A stretch of 63,862 nucleotides of DNA, counting the filler, from Octopus bimaculoides (taxonomy: Eukaryota), in assembly GCF_001194135.2 (NCBI RefSeq). It is 5 parts of 4 records of this genome, joined end to end, with 100 filler letters (N's around TTAATTAATTAA, not from the genome) between each part and the next. Parts side by side here need not be neighbours in the genome. Positions count along the whole stretch, not along the records: positions 10,445 to 37,817 come from NC_068982.1; positions 37,918 to 48,804 come from NC_069004.1; positions 48,905 to 61,813 come from NC_068987.1; 2 more parts are not named here. The stretch is one strand, 5' to 3'. Each line of letters begins with the position of its first letter. Position 1 is the first letter of the stretch. A program made the position numbers and the translations under genes. Of the stretch, positions 37,801 to 52,472 are shown in pieces. A model generated the notes under the pieces. The model had not been told where the DNA came from. It saw only the letters and a list, made by a program, of their open reading frames with translations, and made no database searches.

Positions 37801-37817
37801 TTTCATCTCAGTATTCT

Positions 37818-37917
37818 NNNNNNNNNNNNNNNNNNNNNNNNNNNNNNNNNNNNNNNNNNNNTTAATTAATTAANNNNNNNNNNNNNNNNNNNNNNNNNNN
37901 NNNNNNNNNNNNNNNNN
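37818..37917. other. Artificial scaffold-joining spacer
   Basis: 44N + TTAATTAATTAA (37862-37873) + 44N. Confidence 0.95.
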
Positions 37918-39216
37918 TAAATAAATAAATAAAAATAAATAAATATATATATGTATGTATGTATGTATATATATTCCGTTCCGTCAAATGGTTCATCAAA
38001 TATAACAGACTAACAGATCACCAAAATCCAATGCAGTAACGCATACATACATACACACACACACATACATACATACATACATACATACATACATACATAC
38101 ATACATGTATATATATATATATATGCATACATACATATTTATGTATGTACAGATATATATATATATGCGTGTGTGTTTATGTATGTATGTGTGTGTATGT
38201 ATGTATGTATGTATGTATGCATGTATGTATGTATGTATGTATGGGTATACGTACTATTTGTACTATACGTACACACTGAAGAATCTAATCTTTTGAATAA
38301 CGATTTTGTTAACGACTTAACTTAAGAATCGGGTATAATAAATCCGTCAGTTTGATTTTATCAATGATTATTGCAATGAAATTATCTAACATCGGTAGCT
38401 GAAGGAAGGGGAAAGAAGAAAGGAAGTTTTGAAAGAAAAAAAGGAAGAACTAAAACAATGAAGAAAGTAAGATCTGAAGAAATGTCGGAATATTGGTATT
38501 TTAACAAATAATTACATTTAGGTTTACTAATAAATTTTCAAAGAAATAACAAAGAGAAAATGAACAAGAACAAAAACTTCAATGAATCGATAAACGCAGA
38601 AGATAAATTCATTGGAATAAAAGATTAGCTTTAAATCTGTAAAGAGTTTTCAAAAGTTGAAAAACACTTTTTGGAATTATCTTGAAGGAAATCGATCAAA
38701 TAATTAGATGTGTTAGTGCTAAAGAGTATGATATGAAAGTGTTTTGCTGTAAATGGTTTGCTGGAATTCTAAATAAATAGTTAACAATTTAAAACAGAAT
38801 TATCTTCAAGGAAGCCAAGCAAATAATTCGTCGTTTGTAATAGAAAGAAAATGGCGGTTTTTAGTTTTAATTCGTTCGTTGTTTAAGATTAAAAGAAATA
38901 AATCCCATTTAAGCATTCTGTAATGAGGTAATGGTTGAACGAATAAAGGGTTTTCCGCTCCTAAAACTTCAACGGCCATTATTTCACAGGTTGTTTAGCT
39001 TCAGGTCATCCGTAATCACGCAGATATATGATCGGAGTCATTTCAGTTGTGATGGCTGTGAGGTTCACAACCTCGTTTTGCAACAACGTTGGTTAGTGTT
39101 CAATTCCACTACGTGGACGCTTCGGCAAACTTCCTTTCCTATAGGTCTGGGACGACTTTTGCCTTTGTAGATGGAAACATTGTGGGATTTCGATGCGTGC
39201 GTGTGTGTATGTGTGC

Positions 39217-39251
<35 letters not shown>

Positions 39252-39316
39252 CGTGCGTGTATGTGTATACATGTGTATATATGTATGTATATAATTATGC
39301 TTCCATACGTTTGCGC

Positions 39317-39361
<45 letters not shown>

Positions 39362-40939
39362 TAGGTCTGTACGTATGCATGTATATAGGTATGTATGTAT
39401 GTATGTATGTATGTGTATATGTGTGTGTGTATACATAAAAAATACTGAGGGAGTATCAATCCGGGCAAGATAATTCATAAGCCCTCTGTTGGCACACGAG
39501 GCTAACGCTTCAACTTAGATTAGTGAAAAACTCCAAGTAATCTTTTGGTAATGTCCAAAGTTATGGTTCGTTACAGTTCTATATTTTAAACCCGTGGATA
39601 GGCTTCAGATAAACTGGTTTTTACAGAGTGATATATATATAAGAGACAAGATAAAAATAATGGTCATTACATATAATTCCTTTATTATAGCAAATTTGTC
39701 TTACAGCTGTTTCCAGTAGTCACTATAGATAGGTTTACTCAATTGGTCTATTGATCAATTGAGGTGAATTGAAAGACCTAAGAAAATTAATTATACCTTC
39801 GTCAAAGCCATTGCTGGAAATAACAAACAGAGCACTTAAAGAATGGTTATTGCATAGCAAAAGTGGGAGGAAGATTGAGATGTTTAAGCAGAGAAGGTAA
39901 AGACATGTTACAATGAGGTTGTAGCAATTGAGTGTGTGGTACTGAATAGAAATAGCAGTAGTAGTATGAGTAGTAATATTATTATTAGTTTTAGTAGTAG
40001 GAGTATTGTATTGCCACATTTGGGAGAGGGACAATCACAAACATAGGTCAGCAGCACAAACATAGGTCAGCATACAATGCCAACATGGTATTTTTCAGAT
40101 ATGGAATAGGTCATTTCCAGCTGATTTTGTACGATGTTGCTTCCTGTTTTAACAGGCATATATAGCTTACGTTGTAACTGTGCTTTTCTCTTAGATTTTT
40201 AAAATGAATTTATGGTTATTCAGCCTGGCCTTAAAAGGGTTCTTCTTATGGGTGCCGATCAGTTGTTACTGGACGACACCTCGTCTGCTTCGTAGACGAC
40301 GATTTCTCTGTTACACTGACCATTCACTGGTCACTTAATGTAAACCCTACATGAACATTTTGCCTCTACCGGGGTACTTGGAAGTACTCACTAATATATT
40401 TTTGTTATATTAGGTGCAACGCTAATCGTGAACCTTAAGTTATGCCTTTTTAATATTTTTCTATATCTAAGCTTTTGAATGAAATGGTTACTCATTAATC
40501 TATGGAACACTTTTCCCACGCAGGTTTCCCTGTTGAGTGGGAATGGGGTAGGAGTGAGAGCACAAACCAAAGAACTTTTTATCAGCGCTATCCTTTTTAG
40601 CGTTGGGGCCGGGCAAATAAATGATGCAGCCTTTAAACTTGCTGGCTACTAGAGCCTTGTCATAGGAGGTCGCTGCACCAAGAACATCTTTATTTGAGGA
40701 AAAGTGCGAAGAACTTCTACTGACAGTCTTTACAAAGATTTCAAACATTATAGCTAGGCGAGGGGTTGCAGTGTTGATAGTGACGATAGCGCTTTATTTG
40801 GTTTGCGCTACGGATTCTATGAACTTGTAAACCGAGGTAAGTCATAATTGTGAGATATATAGCAAGGAAAAGTTTTAGATTCTTAATTCTGCTATTCAGT
40901 CACTTACCGTTTCATCACCCGTAAATAAAACATCTTTTA

Positions 40940-41720
40940 TTTTTTACTTCTTTCTGTCATTGGATTGCGGCCATATTGACGCATCATTTTGAAGGGTTTA
41001 ATCGAACAAATTGGCCTCAGTACTTATTTTTTAAAGTCTGGTACTTATTCTACCGGCCTAAGCTATGGGGACGTAAACAAACTAACACTGATTGTCAACT
41101 GGTGGTGGTGGTGGTGGTGGTGGGGGCAAACACAATACAAACACACCTATACATACATATATTTATACATTTATACATACATACAAATAAACAAACATAC
41201 ATAAAGACACATACATACGTAGTTACATACATACATACATACATACTAACAAATTTGCACGAAACCTAGATATATACGGTTTCATGGAAAAAGCGCAAGA
41301 GAAACTGACGGGGATTCCTCTAAATCCAATCTTTCAGTGGCACGGTGAAGATTTGTAAGGCATTCCCAAAATTCTCCATCTGAGATTCTTATGTTTATAG
41401 ATGCACACACTCGGGTGTATGCATCGACTGTTCGGCCAATACACAACTAAACCACACATTTACAAATACCGGGAACTGTCTTAACTCAAAAGGTTTTGTC
41501 GCTTTGTTAACCACCGGTTTGAACTCTCTTAGGCAGAAATTTAATAAAGAAAAATCATGCACACGTATATATATATTAGATACAACGGGCTTCGTTCAAT
41601 TTCCGTCGCCAAATCCACTCACAAGCTTTTTATCGGACGGGGGCTATTGCAAAAGACACCTGCCCAAGGTGTCACGTAGTGGGACTGGACCAGGAACCGT
41701 CAAAATGGAAAACACCTGCG
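40940..41720 (-). mobile_element. SINE-B split by an unidentified ~290-bp insert (41270-41560)
   Basis: 3' half 40940-41160 and 5' half 41570-41720. Confidence 0.7.
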
Positions 41721-41892
41721 CCTAATAAATATAACTAGAAAAGTGGGGAGCATAGATATGCTGTGTATTCATCACTGTCTTCATGCAGTAACATGTCATT
41801 CAACTCTTTACGAGTATCTAAAACCATTATGTACATAAAACATACATTACACACATATACACACGCATACACATATACACACACACAAACAA

Positions 41893-41959
<67 letters not shown>

Positions 41960-42054
41960 AACATTGCATTCACCCACTAACATTTTTGCCACTTTCCCAT
42001 ACACAGATATTCACTCGGGAATAATGGCTGATTGTATCACTTAACAAAATTAAA

Positions 42055-42099
<45 letters not shown>

Positions 42100-42235
42100 T
42101 AATAATAATAATAATAATGATGATGATGATGATGATAATGATGATAATAATAAAACAATAATAAAAATAAGGTGATCGTCAGAGCATTAATAATATAACT
42201 GTGACAAAGTTGAAATATCATGCAGACAGAAGCAG

Positions 42236-42285
<50 letters not shown>

Positions 42286-42328
42286 GTTCTCTGTAATCAT
42301 CATCATCATCATCTACATATATGTATTT

Positions 42329-42440
<112 letters not shown>

Positions 42441-42929
42441 GCATACGTATATAAATACCTATATGTACACACGCACGCATAAAAACGTATGTATGTACGT
42501 GCAAACATAAATATATGCATGTGTGTGTGTGTATATATGCATGTATCTATGGATGTATACGTCTATATGTTGGTCATGTTTAGTGTTCCACATTATGAAA
42601 ATATATAAACATTAACGTTATCCCTAATTAGTTTATTTTGCAATTTTCAAATTAAAATTATTTTCCTTCGCTCCTCTGTGTGCTTGCATAAGTGAGTGTA
42701 CAATTATGTATGTGTGTTTGTGCATTTATATTTATATATATATGTATGTATATATATATGTATATATATGCATATATATATATATGTATATATATATATG
42801 TATATATATATATATGTATATATATATATACATATATATGATCCCTTAAATCATAAGCACATATTCAGCATAGTCAGATAACACATACACGAACACACAC
42901 ACACATATATACATATATGCATATGTATG

Positions 42930-42966
<37 letters not shown>

Positions 42967-44209
42967 AAATATATATGTATATGTATAAATGTATATACAT
43001 ATATATATACACACATGTATATATATATATATGTGTGTGCGTACGTGTGTGTGTGTGTGTGTGTGTATGTGTGTGTGTGTGTGTGCATCGTCTTTAAAAA
43101 ACAAATCCGAAAGAAGAAGCGCTCTCGAAGATGCAGAGCAGTATATATTAAAAATTGGGAAGGCCGGTTTATGGGATTACCTTAGGTCCCAAAGGCCTGT
43201 TGGCCCAAAACCTCTTCAAAATAAGGTAATCCTATGAAGTGGCCTTCCACACTTTTAATATATATATATATATATATAACGTCTTCCTCACGTGGTATTG
43301 ATGTCGCTTGGTCAAAATTAACGTGAGTTATTTAGACATTAACAAGTTTATTAGAATATTTAGCTCAAGATCAGAATAGAGTATTCTTTGCTCTTAACTG
43401 TGAAACGATCGTACTAAATTAACTAAAGGCAAGTGGTTTTTTACTCTTCTCTACTGTTTTTAGTTCTGTGTGTATCAAAAATATCGCTATCAATTTAGAG
43501 TAATAATTTGTAGTTTTGGAATCAGTAGTTCTTTGGCTGCTATTTCTGAATTCTCAGTATGTTGGAGAAGCAGGTTACTGTCAATCCCTATATATTTATG
43601 ATTATAAANNNNNNNNNNNNNNNNNNNNNNNNNNNNNNNNNNNNNNNNNNNNNNNNNNNNNNNNNNNNNNNNNNNNNNNNNNNNNNNNNNNNNNNNNNNN
43701 NNNNNNNNNNNNNNNNNNNNNNNNNNNNNNNNNNNNNNNNNNNNNNNNNNNNNNNNNNNNNNNNNNNNNNNNNNNNNNNNNNNNNNNNNNNNNNNNNNNN
43801 NNNNNNNNNNNNNNNNNNNNNNNNNNNNNNNNNNNNNNNNNNNNNNNNNNNNNNNNNNNNNNNNNNNNNNNNNNNNNNNNNNNNNNNNNNNNNNNNNNNN
43901 NNNNNNNNNNNNNNNNNNNNNNNNNNNNNNNNNNNNNNNNNNNNNNNNNNNNNNNNNNNNNNNNNNNNNNNNNNNNNNNNNNNNNNNNNNNNNNNNNNNN
44001 NNNNNNNNNNNNNNNNNNNNNNNNNNNNNNNNNNNNNNNNNNNNNNNNNNNNNNNNNNNNNNNNNNNNNNNNNNNNNNNNNNNNNNNNNNNNNNNNNNNN
44101 NNNNNNNNNNNNNNNNNNNNNNNNNNNNNNNNNNNNNNNNNNNNNNNNNNNNNNNNNNNNNNNNNNNNNNNNNNNNNNNNNNNNNNNNNNNNNNNNNNNN
44201 NNNNNNNNN

Positions 44210-44423
44210 NNGTTTCAGTAATTTGACTGCGGTCATGCTGAAGCACCGCCTTTAGTCGAGCAAATCGACCTCAGGACTTATTTTTTGTAAGCCTACTACT
44301 TATTCTATCGGTATCTTTTTGCCGAACTGCTAAGTTACGGGGACGTAAACACACCAGCATCGGTTGTCAAGCGAAGTTGGGGGGACAAACACAGACATAC
44401 ACACATATACACACACACATACG

Positions 44424-44455
<32 letters not shown>

Positions 44456-44620
44456 CATATATATGACGGGCTTCTTTCAGTTTCAGTCTACCAAATCCAC
44501 TCACAAGGCTTCGGTTGGCCCAAGGCTATAGTAGAAGACACTTGCCGAAGGTGCCACGCAGTGTGACTGAACCCACAACCACGTGGTTGGTAAGTTACTT
44601 ACCACACAGCCACTTCTGCG
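44210..44620 (-). mobile_element. SINE-B, full length, CpG-rich
   Basis: Complete unit, colinear with 17585-17980. Confidence 0.92.
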
Positions 44621-44649
44621 CCGTATATGCATATATATATATGTATATA

Positions 44650-45233
44650 TATTCTACAAATGAAGCTGCACAATTTGTGAATGATTTTCTGTTGACCAGG
44701 ATCTCTGGTGAACTAAAAAGTATACAGAAGCTCAGATACAGTTGATAATGAAACTCTTTACCCAATCGAGTTCATCAACAAACTTACACCATCAGGGTTT
44801 CCATCACACATTCTCAAACGGAAGGAAAAACGATGCATAATGCTTCTGAGAAATTCAGATGCTACTAATGGACATTGCAATGGCACACATCATTGTCAGT
44901 TTACAGGATCATGTTATTGAGGCTGAGGATGCTTCTGGTCCTTATGCAGGATCAACTCTGCTAATCCCAAGAATACCGCATGTATCTCAAGAAATAGGAT
45001 TTCCATTCGCATTTACACGCAAACAATTTCCTGTCAAGCCAGCTTTTGCCTTGACGTGCAACAAGGCACAGGGACAGATTGGAATATATCTTCCGACACA
45101 ATTCGTCTCGCATGGTCAGCTGTATGTTGCATTATCTAGAGTTCGAAAGAAGGCTTATGTAAAAATATTGGCTGAGAGAAATGGAAACAGTATGATTACT
45201 GGCATTTGTGTCTACAAGGAGCTACTACTTTAA
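44650..45233 (+). pseudogene. Helitron PIF1-type helicase C-terminal fragment, frameshifted
   Basis: TNEAAQFVNDFLL...PIEFINKLTPSGFPSHILK...CIMLLRNSDATNGHCNGT...LIPRIP...FTRKQFPVKPAFALTCNKAQGQ-IGIYLP...SHGQLYVALSRV...VYKELL*. Confidence 0.88.
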
Positions 45234-45459
45234 AGCAAAATGTGCTTTTGTAGCAAGTTTCAGTAAATAGAATTAACACATAAATTATATGTGTGGAATT
45301 AAATTTTGGCATATTTCTACACACGCTGAATGAATGATATCGTTATATTAGATCATTTTAAATTTAGGCATATTTGAAAAAGTAAGGAAACATCATTCCC
45401 ATGTGTTCTCACAGCACCAGACTTTTGTGTGTGTGTGTGTGTGTATCCCTCCCCTTTCC

Positions 45460-45519
<60 letters not shown>

Positions 45520-46224
45520 ATCTATCTATCTATCTATGCACACCTAAGTAAGTTCTACCAATTATTAATAATAAATATATATAAACAGATTGACTCTTTA
45601 AAAAAGAGAGATTATGACTGATAAAATAATGAAAGCAATACTAAGCGAGTGAGCAGTATTAAACAAAGACGTAAAATATAAAAATTATTAGAATTGGAAA
45701 TCAAATGTGGAAATATTATAGAGTGGCTAGCAGAAAACTGCCGGGAGGACGATCTTTCTGCCAGAAAATATAAGAAAGTTAAACAGCAATTTTGTGGATT
45801 AAAATGACGGCATAAAATTTCAATGTCTTATTTTGCGCGTGCGCTTTGTTAGAGATTATTATAAGCTAATTCTTCGTACTACATATTTTATATTGTGTAG
45901 TGGAAAGGTGATTGACCAGGAAGGAGAAAGAGAGACGTCGCAAGAAGACCGGTAGTAGACGAGATGACGTCACATCGGCGAGCGACAGGGCACCTATCTC
46001 CCTTTTTTAGGCAAGACATGCTGCTATCAGTAGTGTGAAGTGATCCAAGCTGGCGAGATATCGGTAGAGTCAATACATGATAACAACTGAATGACCTGGC
46101 CGCAGTTCCCGATTGTGACTCGAGGTAAGAGCAACTATATTTTCATGCCTTTAAACTACTCAGCTTTTCTTAAACCCAGTCAATACGTCTAACCGAAAGT
46201 GTACAAGGAACACCGACGGGGTGG

Positions 46225-47757
46225 AGGTGGGTGGGGAGAAGAAACAATGAACCATCACTTTGGAAATGAAGCATGAAATTGTAATAATGCATGATGACGG
46301 TACAACTGTAAAAAACATTTGTTTGAAATTTTCACTTAACTCGTCAACTGTCTGCACAGTTCTCAAAGAAAAAAAATATTTATCTCAAGTGAGAAATGTG
46401 CAGCCTTTGCAATCAACCTGGACTCGTAAAAGAAATGCTGGAAGCATTATTCCGGAAGTGAAAAAAACTTTTAAATGCATGGATAAATGACAAAACACAA
46501 AGCATGCTTATGAATGTTAATCAAGCGTCGATTTGTAGCAAAGCATTACTTTTCAGTTTGCTTAAAGAAACGAAAGGTGACACAAACGAAACTTTTGTTG
46601 CAAGCAGAGAATGGTTTGATTGATTAAAAATCGATATGGGTGGCATTCCGTTAGAGAAGCATCAAATGCTGATGTCGGTGCAGTAGAAAATTTTTCAGAA
46701 ACATTGGCAGAAATAATTGAAGAAGGGGCTATATGCCGCAACTGATTTTTAATGTCGATGAAACAGGACTTTTCTGGAAACGTATGCCATCCAGAAGTTA
46801 CATTGCTAAGGAAGAATCTGCGCTTCCTGGTTCTAAAGTTGCAAAAGATCGAATTGCATCCGGGGATTTAAAAATAAAATCGATGATTGTTTATCGATCG
46901 GAAAATCCAGTCATATGGAAATCTAATAAAAAAGTTTGGGGTACAGCAACATTATTTGAAAAAATGGTTTTCATATCACTTTGTGACGGAAGTTAAGAAG
47001 TACTGTGAGAAAAACGAACTTCCATTTCATATAATGTTGCTTATTGACAATGCACCTAGCCACCCTCCAATTCTGCAGCATCTCCATCTTAATGCCATCA
47101 CTTTTGCAACCAATGGACCAGGATGTTATTGCAACTTTTAAAGCCCATTATTTGCACTACACATTTGCAATGCTGAATGAAGAAACAGACGGAAAAGGGA
47201 GACCAACTGGAATGGAATTCTGGAAAAATCACGTTTATACTGCAGTAAAAATCAGGAAAAGCGTGGGATAGTATCACTTAAAAGAATATGAAGGGCGTTT
47301 CGGGGAAAAAAAACTTTGCCCCAATTTCTTAATGATTTTGAGGGTTTTGATTCACTACAAGAAAATGTCAACCCCCCCCCCCAAAAAAAAACAAGGAATT
47401 GTAAACCCGGCAATTGAATAGAATCTCAAAATGTCGGCAAATGACGTAAATGAACTGTTTCAATCACACAGTGAAGAACTCACCATCGAAGAGCTTATTG
47501 CAATGCAAGAGCAGGCAACAATAGAAGAGGAAATGGACACTCTCGATGAAACCCCAGTTAATGCATTCACGCTGAAAGGACTCGCGGAAGCATTTCAACA
47601 TTTGGATAAAACGTTGGAAATTTTTCAAACACAAGATCCTAATTTTGAACGAGGTTCAAGAGTTTCTACTACCATAACAAATGCTTCTGTGTGTTACCGA
47701 GAAATTTATAGAGAGGAAAAAAATGCTTCTTCTAGGCAAGCAACTCTTGACTTCTAA
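46225..47757 (+). pseudogene. Tigger/pogo (TIGD1-like) transposase, decayed
   Basis: Psq/CENP-B HTH: MEMKHEIV...SSTVCTVLK. ASREWFD. DDE domain: IFNVDETGLFWKRMPSRSYIAKEE, LLIDNAPSHP, LLQPMDQDVIATFKAHY. C-terminus ELFQSHSEELTIEEL...QATLDF. Multiple frameshifts, TIRs not found. Confidence 0.92.
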
Positions 47758-48589
47758 AAAGAAATCTACAAGTCCGTCAAAGAGTGCTAGTGAATCGGCG
47801 ATTGCGTCTACGTGATAGTGTGTGCGAGTCTAGTGCGTGTGAAAATGATTCAGAAAATGATTATAATAATAATATTTTTATTATCTATGATCTTGGCATT
47901 CTTTTTACACAAAATATTCCTTACATTCTACTGTTGTTTTATTTCCATTAACTTCCATGTGTCAGAAGGAACAGTCAGTAATGATGTCCACGAAGACATC
48001 ACATATAAGTCTTATATGATGAGAAAAGGTCAATTTGTCAGAAAAAGCAAAAGAAAACACTACATAAACAAGGCACAAAAAACGAACTTTTTTTACGGAC
48101 AAAAGAATGAACATATAGGAAAACAGACGAGCCACTTATGGAACTTTTCCTTCATCAGCTGCATCTATTCTAAACTAGGCGTTTCGAAGATGAGGCATAA
48201 CGCGCTCTAAGAATAGCTCTTTCCGACAAAGCAGATTAAGTGAAACCTGCTATGCGGAGGATTCCAAAGTAGCAAACAGAAACCAACAGAAACAAACGTT
48301 GAGAGCCGTCAGGCCGAACGAGATGAGATACTGAACGCTGTGAGATGTGACGAACTTGAGCAGAGAGAGATAGCAGTTCATGTTGCCTTTATGCTGGCCG
48401 AATGGAGAAAGAAAGAACTGATCACAGGTCATGTGTGATCAACGAGGAGTGGTAGAGAGAGGAAAAGGGAGGAAGCTGAACATAGGTGAGTGACGAGACA
48501 CAAGGCGGAAGAGTAAGAGAGAGGTATAGCAGTGAAGGAGAGAAGCAAGGACAACAGAAGGAAGAAGAACGGGAGGGGGAGATAGATAA

Positions 48590-48804
48590 GAAGAAAGATA
48601 GATAGATAGATAGATAGCTAGATAGATAGCTAGATAGATACATTTCTTTTATTAGCCACACGGGGCTCAACGAAGATGGGACAGATACAATGTAGAGCTT
48701 TTCTTTTTGGGAGGGGGAAAGAAAAAAAAAAGAAAAGGGGGGGTCGATCAAAAGGGATCGTAGGAAGGAAAAGGGGGTAGTTCGATCAAAAGGGATCAAA
48801 AAAA
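48590..48804 (-). mobile_element. LINE 3' terminus (AATAAA plus (ATCT)n), cut by scaffold end
   Basis: Same terminus as 10185-10344. Confidence 0.65.
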
Positions 48805-48904
48805 NNNNNNNNNNNNNNNNNNNNNNNNNNNNNNNNNNNNNNNNNNNNTTAATTAATTAANNNNNNNNNNNNNNNNNNNNNNNNNNNNNNNNNNNNNNNN
48901 NNNN
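48805..48904. other. Artificial scaffold-joining spacer
   Basis: 44N + TTAATTAATTAA (48849-48860) + 44N. Confidence 0.95.
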
Positions 48905-48971
48905 TCTAAGACATCTCAACGCTTCTAAAGGCAAACTTCGTTTGTTTATTTACGTTTGTCGTAATTTGAAT

Positions 48972-49039
<68 letters not shown>

Positions 49040-49329
49040 TAAAAACAACAACTGTATTTGTAATCGATGAAGGTTTGCAACTAACACAAAATGGCGCTCT
49101 TAAACACCGAAACTACCAGAACTGCAAAAAATTGTTCTCATAAGTATTGGCTACATCCCAAGAAAAACATTGTCACCCTGAAAATACCTGAGTCTATTAC
49201 AACTATCTTGAAACCGAAATATTACAAATTTGACAGAATCTTGGTTCTGAGATTCTGGTCTTCTTTCCCTGCAATATAGCATTGCTAATCATAAATAACA
49301 CCCCTTGCTGTTAATTGCAGTCTCTAACT

Positions 49330-49631
49330 GAGACTATGAACGACAAGCAGAAAACAAAGCATCAACAACGCCAATTATTATTAGGTTCTTGGGGACAGTA
49401 TGAGAAAGTATCAAGAGAAATATAAAGGAAATCGGAATGGAGCACCCAGTAGAGCAGTTACAAAATATATGGCTCCTTTGCACGGCCAGAATCATCAGGA
49501 AAGTATTAGATAGTGGATAGTTGAAAAGAAGAGAGAGCATGGTACCGTAGGCTGCAGACAGTAAGCCCACTACGCATACAAAACTCCAGGATGTTCCAGC
49601 AAAACCCGAGTTGAAATATAATAATAATAAC

Positions 49632-49680
<49 letters not shown>
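49330..49680 (+). mobile_element. RLE-type LINE extreme 3' end with (TAA)n tail (third family)
   Basis: TPIIIRFLGTV*ESIKRNIKEIGMEHPVEQLQNIWLLCTARIIRKVLDSG*. Confidence 0.75.
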
Positions 49681-49684
<4 letters not shown>

Positions 49685-49764
49685 GATTTTTATTTGCCAC
49701 GGAGGCATTGAATGAATGAGACATTACAATTATAAAGACAGGTCACAATTTGTGTGAAATAATG

Positions 49765-49829
<65 letters not shown>

Positions 49830-50791
49830 TTCTACTGGAAGCACAAGGCCTCAAACTTGGGGGGGGAGGGACTAAGTCGATTACATCGACCCCAGTGCGT
49901 AACTGGTACTTATTTNNNNNNNNNNNNNNNNNNNNNNNNNNNNNNNNNNNNNNNNNNNNNNNNNNNNNNNNNNNNNNNNNNNNNNNNNNNNNNNNNNNNN
50001 NNNNNNNNNNNNNNNNNNNNNNNNNNNNNNNNNNNNNNNNNNNNNNNNNNNNNNNNNNNNNNNNNNNNNNNNNNNNNNNNNNNNNNNNNNNNNNNNNNNN
50101 NNNNNNNNNNNNNNNNNNNNNNNNNNNNNNNNNNNNNNNNNNNNNNNNNNNNNNNNNNNNNNNNNNNNNNNNNNNNNNNNNNNNNNNNNNNNNNNNNNNN
50201 NNNNNNNNNNNNNNNNNNNNNNNNNNNNNNNNNNNNNNNNNNNNNNNNNNNNNNNNNNNNNNNNNNNNNNNNNNNNNNNNNNNNNNNNNNNNNNNNNNNN
50301 NNNNNNNNNNNNNNNNNNNNNNNNNNNNNNNNNNNNNNNNNNNNNNNNNNNNNNNNNNNNNNNNNNNNNNNNNNNNNNNNNNNNNNNNNNNNNNNNNNNN
50401 NNNNNNNNNNNNNNNNNNNNNNNNNNNNNNNNNNNNNNNNNNNNNNNNNNNNNNNNNNNNNNNNNNNNNNNNNNNNNNNNNNNNNNNNNNNNNNNNNNNN
50501 NNNNNNNNNNNNNNNNNNNNNNNNNNNNNNNNNNNNNNNNNNNNNNNNNNNNNNNNNNNNNNNNNNNNNNNNNNNNNNNNNNNNNNNNNNNNNNNNNNNN
50601 NNNNNNNNNNNNNNNNNNNNNNNNNNNNNNNNNNNNNNNNNNNNNNNNNNNNNNNNNNNNNNNNNNNNNNNNNNNNNNNNNNNNNNNNNNNNNNNNNNNN
50701 NNNNNNNNNNNNNNNNNNNNNNNNNNNNNNNNNNNNNNNNNNNNNNNNNNNNNNNNNNNNNNNNNNNNNNNNNNNNNNNNNNNNNNNNNNN

Positions 50792-50884
<93 letters not shown>

Positions 50885-51059
50885 TGAATAAAAATAATAA
50901 TAATAATAATAATAATGTGAATAAAAATAATGTTAAAAATAGTGAAGATGACTATAATAAGAAAAAATGTCTTTTAGATTCTTGGAAATATTCCATGTGT
51001 CTAGGTGCTGCAAGAAGTCTCGTTTTGTCTCTAACCGTAAGGATAGCCGTGTGGTTTCT

Positions 51060-51810
51060 TCTGCAATTTGGTAGCGATGGTGGTGATGATATAGTTGTGT
51101 TTTGGTGGCGGTGATGTTGACAACGACGACGATGTCCACAAAGACAGTGGTGTTGACGATGGCGGCGGCGGCGATGGTGGTGGTGGTGGTGATAGTGGTA
51201 GTAATGGTAGACGTTTCAAAATCGTTCCCATATTAGTGATGGTGGTAGTTATAGATAGTGGCCGTTGTTTGTTGCGATTGTTGTTGGTGTGGTAATGTTT
51301 AGGTGGTAGTATTCGGGTGGTAGTGTTGGGGTAGTAGTATTGGGATGGTAGTGTCGAAGCGGTTGTGTTGTTGGTTTCGGAGTGATAGTTTTGGTGTTGG
51401 TGGTGGTGGTAGTAGTTGTTGACGAGGATGGTAGTTGTGTTGGTAGTGGTGGTGGAGTTTTCATGTGGTTTTCATGTGGTGGTGTATTTTGATGGGGGAA
51501 GTAGTTGTGGCGAAGGTAGTGGTATAATTATTGTTGTTGTGGTGGTGTTAATTGTAGAAGTGGTTGTTGTTTGAAATTAGGTATTGGTCACAGTAGCGAT
51601 AGTATTACAGGAAAAATTAATCGTAGTATTGGTAGTTGTTGTGGTGGTAGTTTTAGTGGTGAGGGCCATAGTATTGGAAGTAGTTAAAGTAGAGTGAGAG
51701 AGAATGAGAGAGGGAGAAATGGAGAGAGAGATCACGTGGTTGTTATTAGTGTTGATTTTGTGGTGTAGGCAATAGTAAATATGGTGAGGATGAGATGTAG
51801 TGGGGATGGT
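51060..51810. repeat. (GGT/GTT/GAT)n low-complexity tract
   Basis: Directly visible. Confidence 0.9.
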
Positions 51811-51949
51811 GTTGAAGTTGAACATAAATAAATAAATAAAGCAAAAAAGAAAAGAAAAGAAAAAGAAAAATGAACAAATATTAGAAACAGTAATGGCGGA
51901 AGTTAATTAAAACTAAATAAAAAATAAACAGCAACAACAACAACAACAA

Positions 51950-52008
<59 letters not shown>

Positions 52009-52019
52009 ATAGTAATAAT

Positions 52020-52215
52020 AATCCTTTCTACTAGTAGCACAATTTTGGGGGAGTGGAGCCAATCGATTACATCGACCCTAGTTCTCAAATGGTACTTATT
52101 TTATCGACCCCGTAAAGTCGAACACAGCGGAACTTGCACTCAGACAGTTTTGGCGGACGAAACGCTGCTAAGTATTTTGTCCGGCGTGCTAACGATTCTA
52201 CCAGCTCACCGTCTT
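52020..52215 (-). mobile_element. SINE-A copy within (ACT)/(AAT) microsatellites
   Basis: Match to the SINE-A unit, CpG-rich. Confidence 0.8.
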
Positions 52216-52229
52216 TTTGATAATAATCA

Positions 52230-52261
<32 letters not shown>

Positions 52262-52339
52262 ATAATAATAATAATAATAATAATAATAGTAGTAGTAGTA
52301 GCAATAATAATAATGGTAATATTAATAAAACTAATAATG

Positions 52340-52381
<42 letters not shown>

Positions 52382-52392
52382 GTAGTAGTAGC

Positions 52393-52472
<80 letters not shown>

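Noticed and set aside
48155-48195. Type II hammerhead arrangement on the minus strand (GAAAC...CTGATGA)
   Set aside because: No stem III partner or UH site, and stem II does not pair
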